From NCBI GenBank assembly GCA_040954595.2, contig JBECUI020000030.1, positions 62,001 to 126,000 of the forward strand: a stretch of 64,000 nucleotides of DNA. Direction: 5' to 3'. Positions 30,047-40,286 of this stretch are shown here, in pieces; the stretch's first letter is position 1; the number at the start of each line of letters is the position of its first letter. The translations under genes were made by a program, and so were the position numbers. The notes beneath the pieces are model-generated. The model did not search any database. It saw nothing but the letters and a program-made list of their open reading frames with translations, and had not been told where the DNA came from. The stretch is from Balanoglossus misakiensis (lineage: Eukaryota > Animalia > Hemichordata).

Positions 30047-30886
30047 TTATTGTCGTATACGACGAATAATGGTGGAAAATGTATACACAAGCCCAGCAAT
30101 AATAACTATGCTCGCACCAGAGGGTAAATTGAATATGTAACTCACAAAAATACCCAGAAAACAGATAGCCATTGTCATCGGCACTGCTACAATAATTGCA
30201 TGTCGTATCGTCCGGAATATATTCAGACATGCCGCCGCAGGAAGGGTAAGCAGGGCAATAAGCAACAGGATGCCGACAAGAGATGCAAGAGTAGCAATGC
30301 TAATACCAACTATGAGAAAAAACACTGTATGATATAGATGCATATGCTTACACCGTGTCGAAAAGTATTCCGCATCGAAGGCGAGTGCAAGAAATCGGCG
30401 ATAACAGAGAATAATTAATACAGTTACACTAATGCTCCAGCCCGCTACAAAAAGAATATCCTGCCAGGTAATAAGTAGTATGCTCCCAAAAAGGTAGCTC
30501 GCAGCATCAAAATAGCCCGGGACAGTACTGATAAGCAAAATAGCAATGCCCATTCCTAATGACCAGAGAAGAGATAAGGTGCTATCTTCGCGATTTTGTC
30601 GTGGCTGTATCTGTGCAAGCCCCAACGAGACAAGAATGGCCACGAGAAACATACCGGCAGTTGGAGAAATCAATATGCCATACTGCTCAAGAAAGAGAGA
30701 GATTCCAATACCGGCAAAGAGTGAATGAGACAGTGCCCCAGTTATATAACTCATACGTTTAATAACAACAAAAAACCCTATGAGTCCGAGGGGGATGCTT
30801 CCTAATAATGAAATAAGAACTGCATTGCGAAGAAAACTTATTTCAGGATTAATAAGTAGCTGAAAAAAATCAACAACAATTTGCAT
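30047..30886 (-). CDS. znuB: Zn/Mn ABC transporter permease
   Basis: ALSHSLFAG, YLFGSIL, VGILL.IALL.LPAA. Confidence 0.85.
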   Translation of the reverse strand: MQIVVDFFQLLINPEISFLRNAVLISLLGSIPLGLIGFFVVIKRMSYITGALSHSLFAGIGISLFLEQYGILISPTAGMFLVAILVSLGLAQIQPRQNREDSTLSLLWSLGMGIAILLISTVPGYFDAASYLFGSILLITWQDILFVAGWSISVTVLIILCYRRFLALAFDAEYFSTRCKHMHLYHTVFFLIVGISIATLASLVGILLLIALLTLPAAACLNIFRTIRHAIIVAVPMTMAICFLGIFVSYIFNLPSGASIVIIAGLVYTFSTIIRRIRQ

Positions 30887-31641
30887 TATTGCTCTATATC
30901 CGTATGCTGCACTTTTCGCACCGAACCATAGAGTTGTTGTATGGTCTCGGCAGTTAATCCCTTCGCAACATGCTCCGACACACTTCCCTGTACACAGAGT
31001 ACTCTATCAAACTGCTCCGAAACAAAATCTATATCATGTGATATGCATAGTATTGCCTTGTGTTTTGGACAGGTTATTATCAATGTTTCGAGTATTTCTT
31101 GAAACTCCGCATCAACATGGGCTGATGGTTCATCCATAATGAGTATACGCCAGTTATCATCAGCCAATGCACGTGCAATAAGAATTCGCTGTTGTTGTCC
31201 CCCTGAAAAAAAAGAAAAAGGTTGATCTGCATAGTCTCCTAACCGCACCAGTTCCAACGCTCGCATGGCCTGCCTTTTGTCCTCCGCACGTATTCGCCCC
31301 AAGTATCCCCCCTGCCGTCCCATAAAAACGACATCCAGTGCACTAACAGGAAAGAGTGGATCAAACTGTACCTGCTGCGGAACATAGGCAATCCTTGTGC
31401 GGATATTGTGTGGCTCCTCACCAAGTATGCTAATACTGCCGGAACTCGGATGTATCAGCCCCAAGATTAGGCGGGCGATGGTGCTTTTCCCACTCCCGTT
31501 CGGCCCGATAATACATACTATCTCACCGGGAAAGATATTAAATGTAACATTCTCTAGTAGAGCTTGTCCGGGAGCATATGAAAAATATAACTGATCCAGG
31601 CAAATGAGTGGATCTAACGTGCTATTGTTCGTATGCGTCAT
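30886..31641 (-). CDS. znuC: Zn/Mn ABC transporter ATP-binding protein
   Basis: GPNGSGKS, AYVPQ, FSGGQQQR, DEP, SHD. Confidence 0.87.
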   Translation of the reverse strand: MTHTNNSTLDPLICLDQLYFSYAPGQALLENVTFNIFPGEIVCIIGPNGSGKSTIARLILGLIHPSSGSISILGEEPHNIRTRIAYVPQQVQFDPLFPVSALDVVFMGRQGGYLGRIRAEDKRQAMRALELVRLGDYADQPFSFFSGGQQQRILIARALADDNWRILIMDEPSAHVDAEFQEILETLIITCPKHKAILCISHDIDFVSEQFDRVLCVQGSVSEHVAKGLTAETIQQLYGSVRKVQHTDIEQ

Positions 31642-31647
31642 AATGTT

Positions 31648-32475
31648 CTACGAGACCCCGAGCAATGCATCAACAATATCATAGAGAAGTTGCTCCCAAT
31701 CTCTTCGATGTATATCAATAATGACAACATTTGTATTGGTAGCCGTAGCAATAGCTGCAATGCTCCGCTGCGAAAACTGCGGCTGAGCAAGAATAACTGA
31801 TATTTGTCTTTCCTGTACCAGCTCAATTAATTCCAGCAATCGTCGCGAGGAAACCTCTCGTCCCTCGGCTTCTATTGCGTATTCTTCCAAGTTAAAGGCA
31901 TCAGCAAAGTATCCGAAAGCTGGATGATAGGTAAGGAATGCTCTGTTCTTGAGTGGACGAAGCCGCTCTGCAATCTTTTCTTTTATTGCCGTTATCTCCG
32001 CAATCAGTTTGGCGGCTCGCTTTTCATAATATGCTTGTCCGTCTCCATCATGTTGTATAAGTTCGGCAACAATTGCCGGTATTTGTTCTATCATTTGGTC
32101 CGGTCCTAGCCAGATATGTGGATCCCATCCAAACAAGGAATCGTCGTGCCCTTCTTCGATACGAAGTGATTGTACAGCAAGATAACTTTTCAGTACGGGA
32201 ACTGAAGACGGTAGTTTCTCCTCAAATGGGAAGCCACTTGCAACATACAGATCCGCTTGAAGTAATGCAGCAATTTGTGCTGGCGGTGGATCGAATGTTT
32301 CAGGCGAAAGCCCTGCTTGCAGAAAAGACTGAGCATGAACTCGCTCGCCTCCAATTTCGGCAAGTAAATACTCAAGGGCAGGAACAGCGGTAACAACTTG
32401 TAGGGGTTGCGGTATTGCTATAACATCTATAACACCTATAACACAAAAAAATATGAATAAAAATTTGTAACGCAT
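31648..32475 (-). CDS. znuA: Zn/Mn ABC transporter substrate-binding protein
   Basis: SPETFDP, DPHIWL and YHPAFGYF motifs of the cluster A-I family. Confidence 0.85.
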   Translation of the reverse strand: MRYKFLFIFFCVIGVIDVIAIPQPLQVVTAVPALEYLLAEIGGERVHAQSFLQAGLSPETFDPPPAQIAALLQADLYVASGFPFEEKLPSSVPVLKSYLAVQSLRIEEGHDDSLFGWDPHIWLGPDQMIEQIPAIVAELIQHDGDGQAYYEKRAAKLIAEITAIKEKIAERLRPLKNRAFLTYHPAFGYFADAFNLEEYAIEAEGREVSSRRLLELIELVQERQISVILAQPQFSQRSIAAIATATNTNVVIIDIHRRDWEQLLYDIVDALLGVS

Positions 32476-32512
32476 GAATGACATTATATCAAAACAAGTG
32501 CTCACTGTATAC

Positions 32513-32530
32513 TTGATATTACTATATCAA
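32513..32530. promoter_or_regulatory. Perfect inverted repeat TTGATAT-TACT-ATATCAA, candidate metal-regulator operator
   Basis: 7-4-7 palindrome in the short divergent znuA/dacA intergenic region. Confidence 0.4.
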
Positions 32531-32562
32531 TACACTAGTATTATACCATATTGAGGATATAA

Positions 32563-33801
32563 ATGCTTAGAACCATCTATGCGGTGTTATTGTTTTGTTG
32601 CATCATTCTGTCTACAGTATCGCAGCAGATCAAACTAAAATCCCTGCCTGCACCGCAGTACGTTGAGGTACAAGCAAGTTCCGCCTTGCTCATGGAACTC
32701 GGCAGCAACACCATACTTTACGAAAAAAATGCAGACCTGGTTTATCCCATAGCTTCGCTCACCAAACTGATGACCCTGTATATTGCCCTTCTTGCCATTG
32801 AACAGGGGCTATTTCATGTGCAAGATCGCATTGCCATTCCGCCTATTGCATATGCATCCAGCCAGCCTGCCAATTCTTCATTGATGTTTCTTAATGCCGG
32901 ACAGATTGTCTTTGGCTCGGATTTGCTTGCCGGATTGATGGTTAGCTCAGGGAATGATGCCGCGGTTGCCCTTGCGGTAGCACTTGCGGGGTCTATTGAC
33001 GACTTTGTTGTACAGATGAACAGAATTGCAACAGAACTCGGAATGCATCAATCAACATTTGCCGATCCTTCAGGATTGCATGAATATAATCGGGCAAGCA
33101 GTCGTGATGTTGCCATTCTTGCTGCAAGTTTGCTTACCCGCTGGCCAAAAGAGGTGCTGAAAATAACCTCACTCAGACAATTTAGCTATCCACGACCGGA
33201 GAATCAGACCACAGGACAAGCGACTTCCCCCATCACCCAGAAAAACAGAAACCACCTATTATGGGAATATCCAGGCACAGACGGATTAAAAACAGGATAT
33301 ACCGAAGAAGCGCGCTACTCCTTGGCTGCAACTGCCAACAGAGAGAATCGCCGACTGATTGCCGTACTTTTATCAATCCCAGGAGATAATTACCGAGAAG
33401 GCAGTGCAATTCGTACCGCTGACGGCAAAACGCTCCTTGACTTTGGATTTCGGACCTTTGATACCAGAGTTTTGACCCCAGAGCCCTTATATGCCCTTAT
33501 TCCCGGTGGCAGCCCGGAAAAGATAATGCTGCGTGGATCAAGGAATGTACAACTAACCCTCCCAAGAAAGAGTTTTGCGGAACTGAACTATCGCATCAAT
33601 CCGGAACAATTGCAATGGGCGCCCATTCCGCAGGGAACACTTCTCGCAACTATGGTATATCTACTGGATGACGTGGAGGTCTACAGCCTTCCCTTTTTTA
33701 CTACTCAACGAGTAGAGGAAACGCATATCATTCAGAAAGTAATAGACGGGATAAAGTGGTGGGGACGGACCCGAACAGTACTTATTGTCCCCAACGAGTA
33801 A
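32563..33801 (+). CDS. dacA: D-alanyl-D-alanine carboxypeptidase (peptidase S11)
   Basis: SLTK, SGN and KTG penicillin-binding motifs; signal peptide. Confidence 0.92.
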   Translation: MLRTIYAVLLFCCIILSTVSQQIKLKSLPAPQYVEVQASSALLMELGSNTILYEKNADLVYPIASLTKLMTLYIALLAIEQGLFHVQDRIAIPPIAYASSQPANSSLMFLNAGQIVFGSDLLAGLMVSSGNDAAVALAVALAGSIDDFVVQMNRIATELGMHQSTFADPSGLHEYNRASSRDVAILAASLLTRWPKEVLKITSLRQFSYPRPENQTTGQATSPITQKNRNHLLWEYPGTDGLKTGYTEEARYSLAATANRENRRLIAVLLSIPGDNYREGSAIRTADGKTLLDFGFRTFDTRVLTPEPLYALIPGGSPEKIMLRGSRNVQLTLPRKSFAELNYRINPEQLQWAPIPQGTLLATMVYLLDDVEVYSLPFFTTQRVEETHIIQKVIDGIKWWGRTRTVLIVPNE

Positions 33802-33857
33802 ACTTGCTATGATGCAAATTTTTGTATACTATAACTATAGTAGGAGAACCATCTCTG

Positions 33858-35063
33858 TTGTTAACCGATACTAAAATTGTTACCGATTTTCCGCTACTAA
33901 CAAGTAGTAATCCATATGTTTATTTGGATAGTGCTGCCACGGCACTAAAACCACAGTCGGTTATTGATGCCATAACAACCTACTACAGCAGATACTCAGC
34001 AAACATCCATCGAGGTGTATATAAAATGAGTATTCAAGCAAGTAGTGAGTTTGAACGGGCACGCTCATCCATAGCACAGTTTTTTCATATTACGAACGGA
34101 ACACTTGTGTTCACGAGCGGAACAACGCAGGCCATTAACATGACCGCACACACTCTTGCCGCAATGCTCTCACCCGGAGACAGCATTTTGGCTAGTATAA
34201 TGGAACACCATTCCAATCTTCTGCCCTGGCAACAAATATGCAAGAAGACGGGGTGCAATTTAATTCATGTCTCTACAACGCCAGATGGGAAGCTGGACTA
34301 TCCTATGTTTTACCGATTATTGGAGCAACGCAAACCGAAGATATGTGCCATAACCGGCATGTCAAACATTACCGGCTATATTCCGGACCTCAGGGCTATC
34401 ACTGAAGCGGCGCATAATATCTCTGCTATCGTTGTCGTTGATGGTGCACAAATTGCTGCACATTCTTCGGTCGACCTCACTGAGCTGGATTGTGATGTAT
34501 TCTGTGCATCCGGTCATAAGATGTACGGACCCACCGGTATCGGTATGCTCTATGCTAAACATGAGATCCTAGAACAGTTTTCCCCGTCAAACTACGGTGG
34601 GGGCATGGTAACACAAGTCAGTGCAAACGACTTTACACCTGCACGTATACCTGAATTTCTGGAAGGGGGCACCCCAAATATTGCTGGGGCAATCGGTTGG
34701 AATGCTGCAATAGAATGGATTAATAGCATTGGTATGGAGGAGATTGCCAAACATGAACATACGCTGCTACAGTATTCAATTGAACAATTACAAGATTTGC
34801 CATTTGTACAACTTATAGGGCATAATGAAGCATGTACTTCTATTGTTTCGTTTGTTATTGATGATGTCCATCCGCACGATGCTGGAACCATGTTAGATAG
34901 TCTCGGCATTGCTGTTCGAACAGGACATCACTGTGCACAGCCGTTTGTCAACGCCCTCGGGCAACAGGGAACGATTCGGGTTTCATTCGGTATATATAAT
35001 AATATTACCGATGTTGATGCACTGGTATCGGGGATAAAGCGTCTGCATACAGCATTAGCATAG
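33858..35063 (+). CDS. sufS: Cysteine desulfurase, SufS type (start codon uncertain)
   Basis: YLDSAAT, NIHRG, EHHSN, SGHKM, RTGHHCAQP. Confidence 0.92.
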   Translation: MLTDTKIVTDFPLLTSSNPYVYLDSAATALKPQSVIDAITTYYSRYSANIHRGVYKMSIQASSEFERARSSIAQFFHITNGTLVFTSGTTQAINMTAHTLAAMLSPGDSILASIMEHHSNLLPWQQICKKTGCNLIHVSTTPDGKLDYPMFYRLLEQRKPKICAITGMSNITGYIPDLRAITEAAHNISAIVVVDGAQIAAHSSVDLTELDCDVFCASGHKMYGPTGIGMLYAKHEILEQFSPSNYGGGMVTQVSANDFTPARIPEFLEGGTPNIAGAIGWNAAIEWINSIGMEEIAKHEHTLLQYSIEQLQDLPFVQLIGHNEACTSIVSFVIDDVHPHDAGTMLDSLGIAVRTGHHCAQPFVNALGQQGTIRVSFGIYNNITDVDALVSGIKRLHTALA

Positions 35064-35070
35064 GGATCGC

Positions 35071-35481
35071 GTGCAGGAACTTAAAAAATACGCACTGGAC
35101 AAAACATATCGTCGTACACTGATAAACACGGATGATAATTCGGCAACGGGGAACTCTGTTATACGAAATAATTGTGGGGATGTCATTCATCTATATTCCC
35201 TTATCGAAGATGGCCTTATCTGTGATATTTGTTATCAAGGGCACGGATGTATTCTCTGTTGTGCAGCAACACATCTTTTGTGCCGTCAACTAAGGGGGGT
35301 CTCCATAACGGAGGCAATCGAGCAAGTGAAATCAATACTGGAGGGAAGCCCAAAAAGAACGGATACTTCCCATATATTGCAATTATTGTCTGACTACCCT
35401 GGACGACAATCTTGCATATTATTACCGTGGCAGGCAGCATCAGACTGCCTATCAATAAGGGGGCAATCATGCATACGCTAA
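35071..35481 (+). CDS. sufU: SufU/NifU-like Fe-S scaffold or sulfur-transfer protein
   Basis: N.CGD, GCILC and R.SC.LLPW motifs; follows sufS. Confidence 0.8.
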   Translation: MQELKKYALDKTYRRTLINTDDNSATGNSVIRNNCGDVIHLYSLIEDGLICDICYQGHGCILCCAATHLLCRQLRGVSITEAIEQVKSILEGSPKRTDTSHILQLLSDYPGRQSCILLPWQAASDCLSIRGQSCIR

Positions 35482-36206
35482 TATTGTTAAGGCATGGAGA
35501 AAGTGAGTGGAATAAGAGCAATCTATTTACGGGTTGGACAGATGTTGCATTATCGGAATCCGGGAGAAAAGAAGCGGCTACCGCGGCCGAACTGCTACAG
35601 GATTTTGCATTGGACATCAGTTATACTTCCGTACTCAAACGTGCAATTCATACGCTGAATATCGTACTGGAACAAACCGGACATGACTGGATTCCGGTAA
35701 TAAAATCCTGGCGACTAAATGAACGGCATTACGGTGCGTTACAGGGATTGAACAAGTCCGAGACGGCACAGAAGTATGGCGAAGACCAGGTCAAGATCTG
35801 GCGGAGAAGCTACGCAGTACCCCCACCTTTGTTAGAGATGACGGACGAGCGTTTCCCAGGCAAAGATCGACGCTATAAAGACGTATCCAAAGATGATATC
35901 CCCTGTGCAGAATCACTCGCGGATACGGTAAAGCGCTTCTTACCGTTCTGGAACAGTACCATTGCTCCGAGTATCAAAAGCGGCAAGCGCATAATTATTG
36001 CGGCACATGGGAACAGTCTTCGTGCTCTTATAAAACATCTGGATAAGGTATCCGATACTGACATTATCAGTGTTAATATTCCAACCGGCATCCCCCTCGT
36101 GTACAAACTGGATGCAAACTTAGCACCAATAGAACACTACTATTTAGGTGATCCTTCGGCAGTCGAACAGGCAGCATCTGCTGTTGCCAATCAAGGAACA
36201 GCATAG
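35469..36206 (+). CDS. gpmA: 2,3-bisphosphoglycerate-dependent phosphoglycerate mutase
   Basis: [23 protein letters not shown]. Confidence 0.96.
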   Translation: MHTLILLRHGESEWNKSNLFTGWTDVALSESGRKEAATAAELLQDFALDISYTSVLKRAIHTLNIVLEQTGHDWIPVIKSWRLNERHYGALQGLNKSETAQKYGEDQVKIWRRSYAVPPPLLEMTDERFPGKDRRYKDVSKDDIPCAESLADTVKRFLPFWNSTIAPSIKSGKRIIIAAHGNSLRALIKHLDKVSDTDIISVNIPTGIPLVYKLDANLAPIEHYYLGDPSAVEQAASAVANQGTA

Positions 36207-36892
36207 TGGGCACAAACAATCCCTCCCCCACGATAGAGCAGTACATCAAAATGTTATACTCTAACGAGAAGAAACAGGGGGATATTATCTCAATGAAGAA
36301 CATATCTTCCAGCATGTCCGTAGCCCCCGCAACAACAACTGCCATGATGAAAAGACTTGCAACCCTTGGCTACGTTACCTATATTCCGCGCAAGGGCTGC
36401 CAACTAAATCTCAGCGGACGTAATATTGCAATTACCCTGCTCCGAAGGCATCGACTTATTGAAGAATTTCTCTGCCGAACCCTAAACTACGATTGGTCGG
36501 AAATTCATAGCGAAGCAGAAGAGCTGGAACACGTGGTTTCCGATACCTTTATTGAGCGGATTGATATATTGCTGAAACATCCTCGTTTTGATCCCCATGG
36601 GGCACCCATTCCTACCGAAGAGGGCGACTTTATCACATCCGAACAATTATGCCTTGCCGAACATACAAACCCGGGGCTCATCCGTATTGAACGGGTCAAC
36701 GACAGTAATGCAACCGTACTTCGGTATATGAAAAAAATGAACATCATACCTGGTGCCACGTTCCACTTTAATGCAAAGAATGCCATGGCTGAAGTTATTG
36801 ATATGCAAAATAACAGGACAAAGGAATCGGTTATCTTGCCTATGGGAATAGCAAAACATATCTATATCAGTATGGTAACGGAATCCGATTAG
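36206..36892 (+). CDS. DtxR/MntR/TroR-family metal-dependent repressor with a FeoA-like C-domain
   Basis: E.YIK, HTH, RRHRLIEEFL, EAEELEH, DPHGAPIP. Confidence 0.9.
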   Translation: MGTNNPSPTIEQYIKMLYSNEKKQGDIISMKNISSSMSVAPATTTAMMKRLATLGYVTYIPRKGCQLNLSGRNIAITLLRRHRLIEEFLCRTLNYDWSEIHSEAEELEHVVSDTFIERIDILLKHPRFDPHGAPIPTEEGDFITSEQLCLAEHTNPGLIRIERVNDSNATVLRYMKKMNIIPGATFHFNAKNAMAEVIDMQNNRTKESVILPMGIAKHIYISMVTESD

Positions 36893-36903
36893 TCTCAGTT
36901 AAT

Positions 36904-38356
36904 CTAACTATCTAGATATTGTGCAAGCGCCGTAGGCAATGGACCGTATTCTCCCTCTTCCCGAAACATATTCCTATTAATGAGTTTTTGCTCAAGTTCA
37001 AGTATCCCGATATTCTCTATGCGCTTTCCCGTATCAAAGGGATCATTCGTTTCCCGTATCCATTGCTGCAATCGTGCTTCCAGTGCTTCTTCAATCTCAG
37101 CAAACTTCGGATTTCCTGCTACATTGTTCATTTCCCACGGATCATTTGTTCGATCAAAAAGAATTTTCTTCCCCTTGGGGATCTGCCAGCGGGCATAGAT
37201 ATACAGTTCATTCCGCACCCCTCTCCACATGCCTACCCATTCGGAACGATTAGGCCAGCCTGTCGCAAGGTTTTGCAGATACACCGAATCATGCGGAGAT
37301 TGCAATCCTTTTTGCAGGTAGGGAGTATTATCTATCCCTTGACATTCCTCTGGAACGTCTAGTCCACATAGCCCGAGCAAGGTAGGCATAATATCAACGC
37401 TACTAAAGAAACCTGCATACCGATTATCTTGTCGTTCCAGCTGTGGATCCCATAGAACAAAGGGGATATGGATGGATTCCTCATGTGGAGTACCCTTTGC
37501 CGCCCTCATAGTAGGGTGTAACCAATCAAATCCGGGCTGCCCATAGCCATGGGCACCGAGATGATCCCCATGATCGGATGCAAAACAAATGATAGTATTT
37601 TCATACAACCCGTTTTTCTTGAGATACTGCATCAGCCGTCCAAACTGATCGTCCAACGAGGTAATCATGCCATAATAATCTGCCCGTTCCTGTCGTTCAA
37701 AGGGTTCAAACTGACAAGGAACATTTTCGCCTACTTCTATCGTATCCGGATTATATGTATTATACCTCTGGGGATAGATTCCATACCACCGCTCTTTTTT
37801 GTTATCTATAATATTTGGACCCCCAGGAAGGATGAGGTGGTCCCCATGAAAGAAAAACCGCAAATGGATTTTTACCCTGATCGGTAATATACTGTTGAAC
37901 AAGATCGAGTTCTCTTTCCGGTGCATAGGTAACCATAGGATACGGACCTTTTTCGTTATGATAATAATGGGCATTATAATAGTCGTGCACACAGTTATAT
38001 GCATAGAGATGATCAAATCCGTACCGTTTTTCTTTAGGATACGGACCGTATCCTAAATGCCACTTCCCCACATAGGCAGTGTTATAACCCTGCTGCTTCA
38101 ACAGCTGTGGAAGATATGTCTGTCCATCTTTTAATGCGTATTCGTTGCATATAACTCCGTTCGCATGCGAATACTTCCCCGTCAGTAATTGCCCACGAAA
38201 CGGTGCACAGAGTGGACAACTCGCATAGGCGTTGTCAAAACTGATCCCCTCGGCAATAAACCGATCTATATGCGGTGTTTGAACATGCTTGTTGCCATTA
38301 CCGCCAATACAATCATAGCGCAGTTGATCTGCAAAAACAAAAATTATATTTTTCAT
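36904..38356 (-). pseudogene. Sulfatase, split by one frameshift near 37820-37840 (genuine or sequencing error)
   Basis: The N-part has ADQLR, CAPFR (CxPxR), GKWHL and WGPPH. The C-part, in another frame, has SDHG and DPWEMNN. The frames switch around a G5 run. Confidence 0.8.
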
Positions 38357-38438
38357 TTAATAAATAATACCTCCAACAAAGTTCCTTATACAGAAAGCAT
38401 TGTGTTTTCAGAATAATCAGTTATATAAAACTTTTACC

Positions 38439-38476
38439 AAACAGAAGGAACATTAAAAATATTCCTTCTGTTTTTT
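38439..38476. terminator. Intrinsic terminator-like hairpin after the 5'-nucleotidase gene
   Basis: AAACAGAAGGAA-N11-TTCCTTCTGTTT followed by a T run. Confidence 0.6.
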
Positions 38477-38490
38477 AAACAAACTACAGG

Positions 38491-40071
38491 TTAATTAGGT
38501 ATCCAGCGGTCTTCCCTTTGCCATTTTTCCGTTATAACACCAAGTTCGGTTATGTACTTTGCTACTACCTCATACAACAGTTCAACATATTCACTCCGTT
38601 CCCTTGCATTGTGAAAGTTCAAATATCCTCCTCCACCTGTAGAGAGAAAATCTTGCGTTACGACCCGATACGATCGTTTCAACTCCAAGGGACGTCCGTC
38701 AATAGTAACGCCGACAGCACGATTTCCCTCTTCCTTGCTGAGATCATATCGAACTTCCATTCCGGCAATCTGAAGATTTCCGTTTTTAAATGTTAACGCA
38801 TGTTCTATTAAACCGATAATATCTTCTCCCGTAAGCGTAACCACTCTAATAAGATCATCAAAGGGAAGGGCTGTAATAACATCGCCGATTGTTATATCAC
38901 CGGCAGCAATATCACTTCGAATACCACGACTGTTCGTAACAGCAATATCGCCCTCGTAATAATGCAACATAGCTGAAGTTATGAGAGTTCCCAAGGAAGA
39001 ATCCTCTTGATCTGTTCGCGTTAAATCAATGGAACTTGCACCGACAGGGCGACTAATAATTGTAGAAACAGCGGTTTTTTGTTTCTCAATTTCTGCTACA
39101 GTCGGCGGGTGTGCCTCAATAGTACCCAGATCGACCGGTATCAACCTGCCCCTTTTCTCGACAGACACAATTGTACCGTTTTCTTTATGCACAGTAACAT
39201 CTATCCGCCCGATTGAACGACCAAGACCCCAATTCTGCATAATTAAAGTACCGGTCTTATCGGCAAATACTTCTATTCCTTGGTGTGAATGTCCCGTAAG
39301 CAGAATATCTATTCCGGGAATACTATTTGCCAAGGCTAAATGGACATCAAGATCTTTTTTTCGGAATGAATCGGTATCCGCCGTACTCGATTGATATCCC
39401 GACAAGCCCTCATGGGCAAGAACAACAACAAGATCGACACTTTTCCTCAATTCACCGACCAAACTCCGTAATTCTTCTCTTTCGTCTCGGAACGTAAGCC
39501 CGTCAATAAGACTTGCCTGAATGGAATCTTTAGCTACATCTTTTGCCAAAATTCCGACAACTCCGATCCGCAGCCCGTCTTTATCCAATATTACGCTCTC
39601 AGGAGTAAAACGCTGTCCGTCATTATAATAGATATTGGAACCTAATACCGGAAATGTTGCTATTTCCATAAGGCGGATTGTCTGTTTATAATGATGGTCA
39701 AACTCATGGTTGCCAAGAACCACCGCATCATATTCCATCGTATTCATCACTTCTACTATCGCTTCTCCCTGTGTGAGAGAGCTGATATTGGGTCCCATAA
39801 TGTAATCGCCGGCATCCAAGAATACTACATTTTCTTTTTCTTGTTTTACTTCTTCTACATACCCTTTCATATAAGCAAATCCGCCTACTTTTCCCTCCGA
39901 TTTTGCTGCCCACTCCTTAAAAGGCTCTAGCCAAGCGTGAAGATCATTGGTAAATACGATGCTTACCTCTTTTGCTCCCTCTCTAAACTCATTATTCGTG
40001 GAAGCACAACTAAATAAGAACGTTCCTACAAACAGCAGGATTATTATTTGAAATAATTTGTTTTGTTTCAT
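38491..40071 (-). CDS. Bifunctional metallophosphatase/5'-nucleotidase lipoprotein (UshA-like)
   Basis: Lipobox LFSC; TNDLH, DAGD, GNHEFD, GHSH; C-domain N..GIR, LPF. Confidence 0.92.
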   Translation of the reverse strand: MKQNKLFQIIILLFVGTFLFSCASTNNEFREGAKEVSIVFTNDLHAWLEPFKEWAAKSEGKVGGFAYMKGYVEEVKQEKENVVFLDAGDYIMGPNISSLTQGEAIVEVMNTMEYDAVVLGNHEFDHHYKQTIRLMEIATFPVLGSNIYYNDGQRFTPESVILDKDGLRIGVVGILAKDVAKDSIQASLIDGLTFRDEREELRSLVGELRKSVDLVVVLAHEGLSGYQSSTADTDSFRKKDLDVHLALANSIPGIDILLTGHSHQGIEVFADKTGTLIMQNWGLGRSIGRIDVTVHKENGTIVSVEKRGRLIPVDLGTIEAHPPTVAEIEKQKTAVSTIISRPVGASSIDLTRTDQEDSSLGTLITSAMLHYYEGDIAVTNSRGIRSDIAAGDITIGDVITALPFDDLIRVVTLTGEDIIGLIEHALTFKNGNLQIAGMEVRYDLSKEEGNRAVGVTIDGRPLELKRSYRVVTQDFLSTGGGGYLNFHNARERSEYVELLYEVVAKYITELGVITEKWQREDRWIPN

Positions 40072-40151
40072 AACTTTCCTCTTAAAACATACGTAAAACA
40101 TACGTACAAAACTTTGTATCAGTATCCTACAACCAATACTTCAAACAAAAT

Positions 40152-40217
40152 TCAAGTAGTCAAACAATTTCAGGGGTTTGCTAGAAAGTCCTAACCTTAT
40201 TTTAGAATTATACTCGA
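40152..40217 (-). ncRNA. Purine riboswitch aptamer (guanine-type, C74), upstream of the 5'-nucleotidase
   Basis: Minus strand: P1 TCGAGTA/TACTTGA, J1/2 TAA, P2 TTCTAA-AATAAGG-TTAGGA, J2/3 CTTTCTAG, P3 CAAAC..CCTGAAA..GTTTG, J3/1 AC. Confidence 0.85.
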
Positions 40218-40286
40218 TCCTAAATTTCTCAACATAAACGACAACAAATGTTTTCTTCTTTACACCTCCTTTTCCTATGTCTCCGC

